From the NCBI GenBank assembly GCA_049971295.1, contig JBMFLH010000043.1:1-15894 (forward strand): a stretch of DNA of 15,894 nt, in the 5' to 3' direction. Numbering within the stretch: the first letter of the stretch is position 1; each line of letters begins with the position of its first letter. The stretch is from Candidatus Ratteibacteria bacterium. Lineage in GTDB: Bacteria; Ratteibacteria; UBA8468; B48-G9; DTJG01. The position numbers were made by a program, and so were the translations under genes. The notes below the pieces were generated by a model, which worked only from the letters and a program-made list of their open reading frames with translations, had not been told where the DNA came from and made no database searches. Of the stretch, positions 15,449 to 15,894 are shown piece by piece.

Positions 15449-15894
15449 TTAAATTTCAAGACATGCCCCAATTTTTTTCAGTTGGTTTAGATAACAATGA
15501 GAAATATTCCCATCATCATCTGGTGGAGGAAATTCCCATGTTATTACACCACCAAACGAGTTTATGTATCTTGTATAACCTATAACAAACTCATCTGAAA
15601 ATCGTGGTTCACCTCTTCCCCAGCAACCACCTAAAAAAGTAAGTATATGATACTGTACATTTTTTACAAACCTTTTCAATGGTATAACGCATGGCTCATT
15701 TCCACTTACAGGTAAGGCACCAGCAATCTCTCCTGCTGTATAGTCCTCATATTCAGTTAAAGAAACAACGGGAACTTTAACCCCTGGATTGAAGGCAACT
15801 ATACTATCTTTATTCCCTTTCCTTGTGCTTTCAGCAAAGCTTTTAAAATTTGGTGGTTCTTGAAAATTATACATCTTATCTGGATAATAACATC
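15449..15894 (-). CDS. C-terminal part of an alpha-L-fucosidase-like (GH29/GH107-related) glycoside hydrolase; 5'-partial
   Basis: The frame stays open past the track's ATG to the window edge (...[G]CYYPDKMYN), consistent with a WWFDGCY-type motif just outside. Also GN..SIVAFNPG, EDYTAGE, QYHILTFLG..WG, GGVITW. Converges on the HAD fusion with an 8-nt gap. Confidence 0.7.
   Translation of the reverse strand, partial: CYYPDKMYNFQEPPNFKSFAESTRKGNKDSIVAFNPGVKVPVVSLTEYEDYTAGEIAGALPVSGNEPCVIPLKRFVKNVQYHILTFLGGCWGRGEPRFSDEFVIGYTRYINSFGGVITWEFPPPDDDGNISHCYLNQLKKIGACLEI

Overview
AT-rich bacterial window, densely coding and dominated by carbohydrate-active enzyme genes. No rRNA, tRNA, CRISPR array or intact transposase is visible. 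On the minus strand at the left, a secreted TPR protein overlaps a secreted CBM-like + DUF5060 + GH5-like glycoside hydrolase. That hydrolase runs off the left edge and is absent from the supplied ORF track. Divergent from these is a plus-strand operon of a DUF4838-type protein, a secreted GH42-like protein and a PflX-family radical SAM enzyme. Next come a triply frameshifted sialidase-like beta-propeller pseudogene and a second DUF4838-type gene cut off exactly at an IS4-family-like terminal inverted repeat (10960). To the right of that junction lie a cytoplasmic GH35/GH42-hybrid (GlmA-like) glycosidase, a GC-rich intergenic cluster of nested palindromic REP-like elements, a small membrane protein overlapping a HAD-phosphatase/PurM-like (AIR synthase superfamily) fusion, and the 3' end of a convergent GH29/GH107-like fucosidase. 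All family assignments are from motif recognition by eye; no database searches were run.
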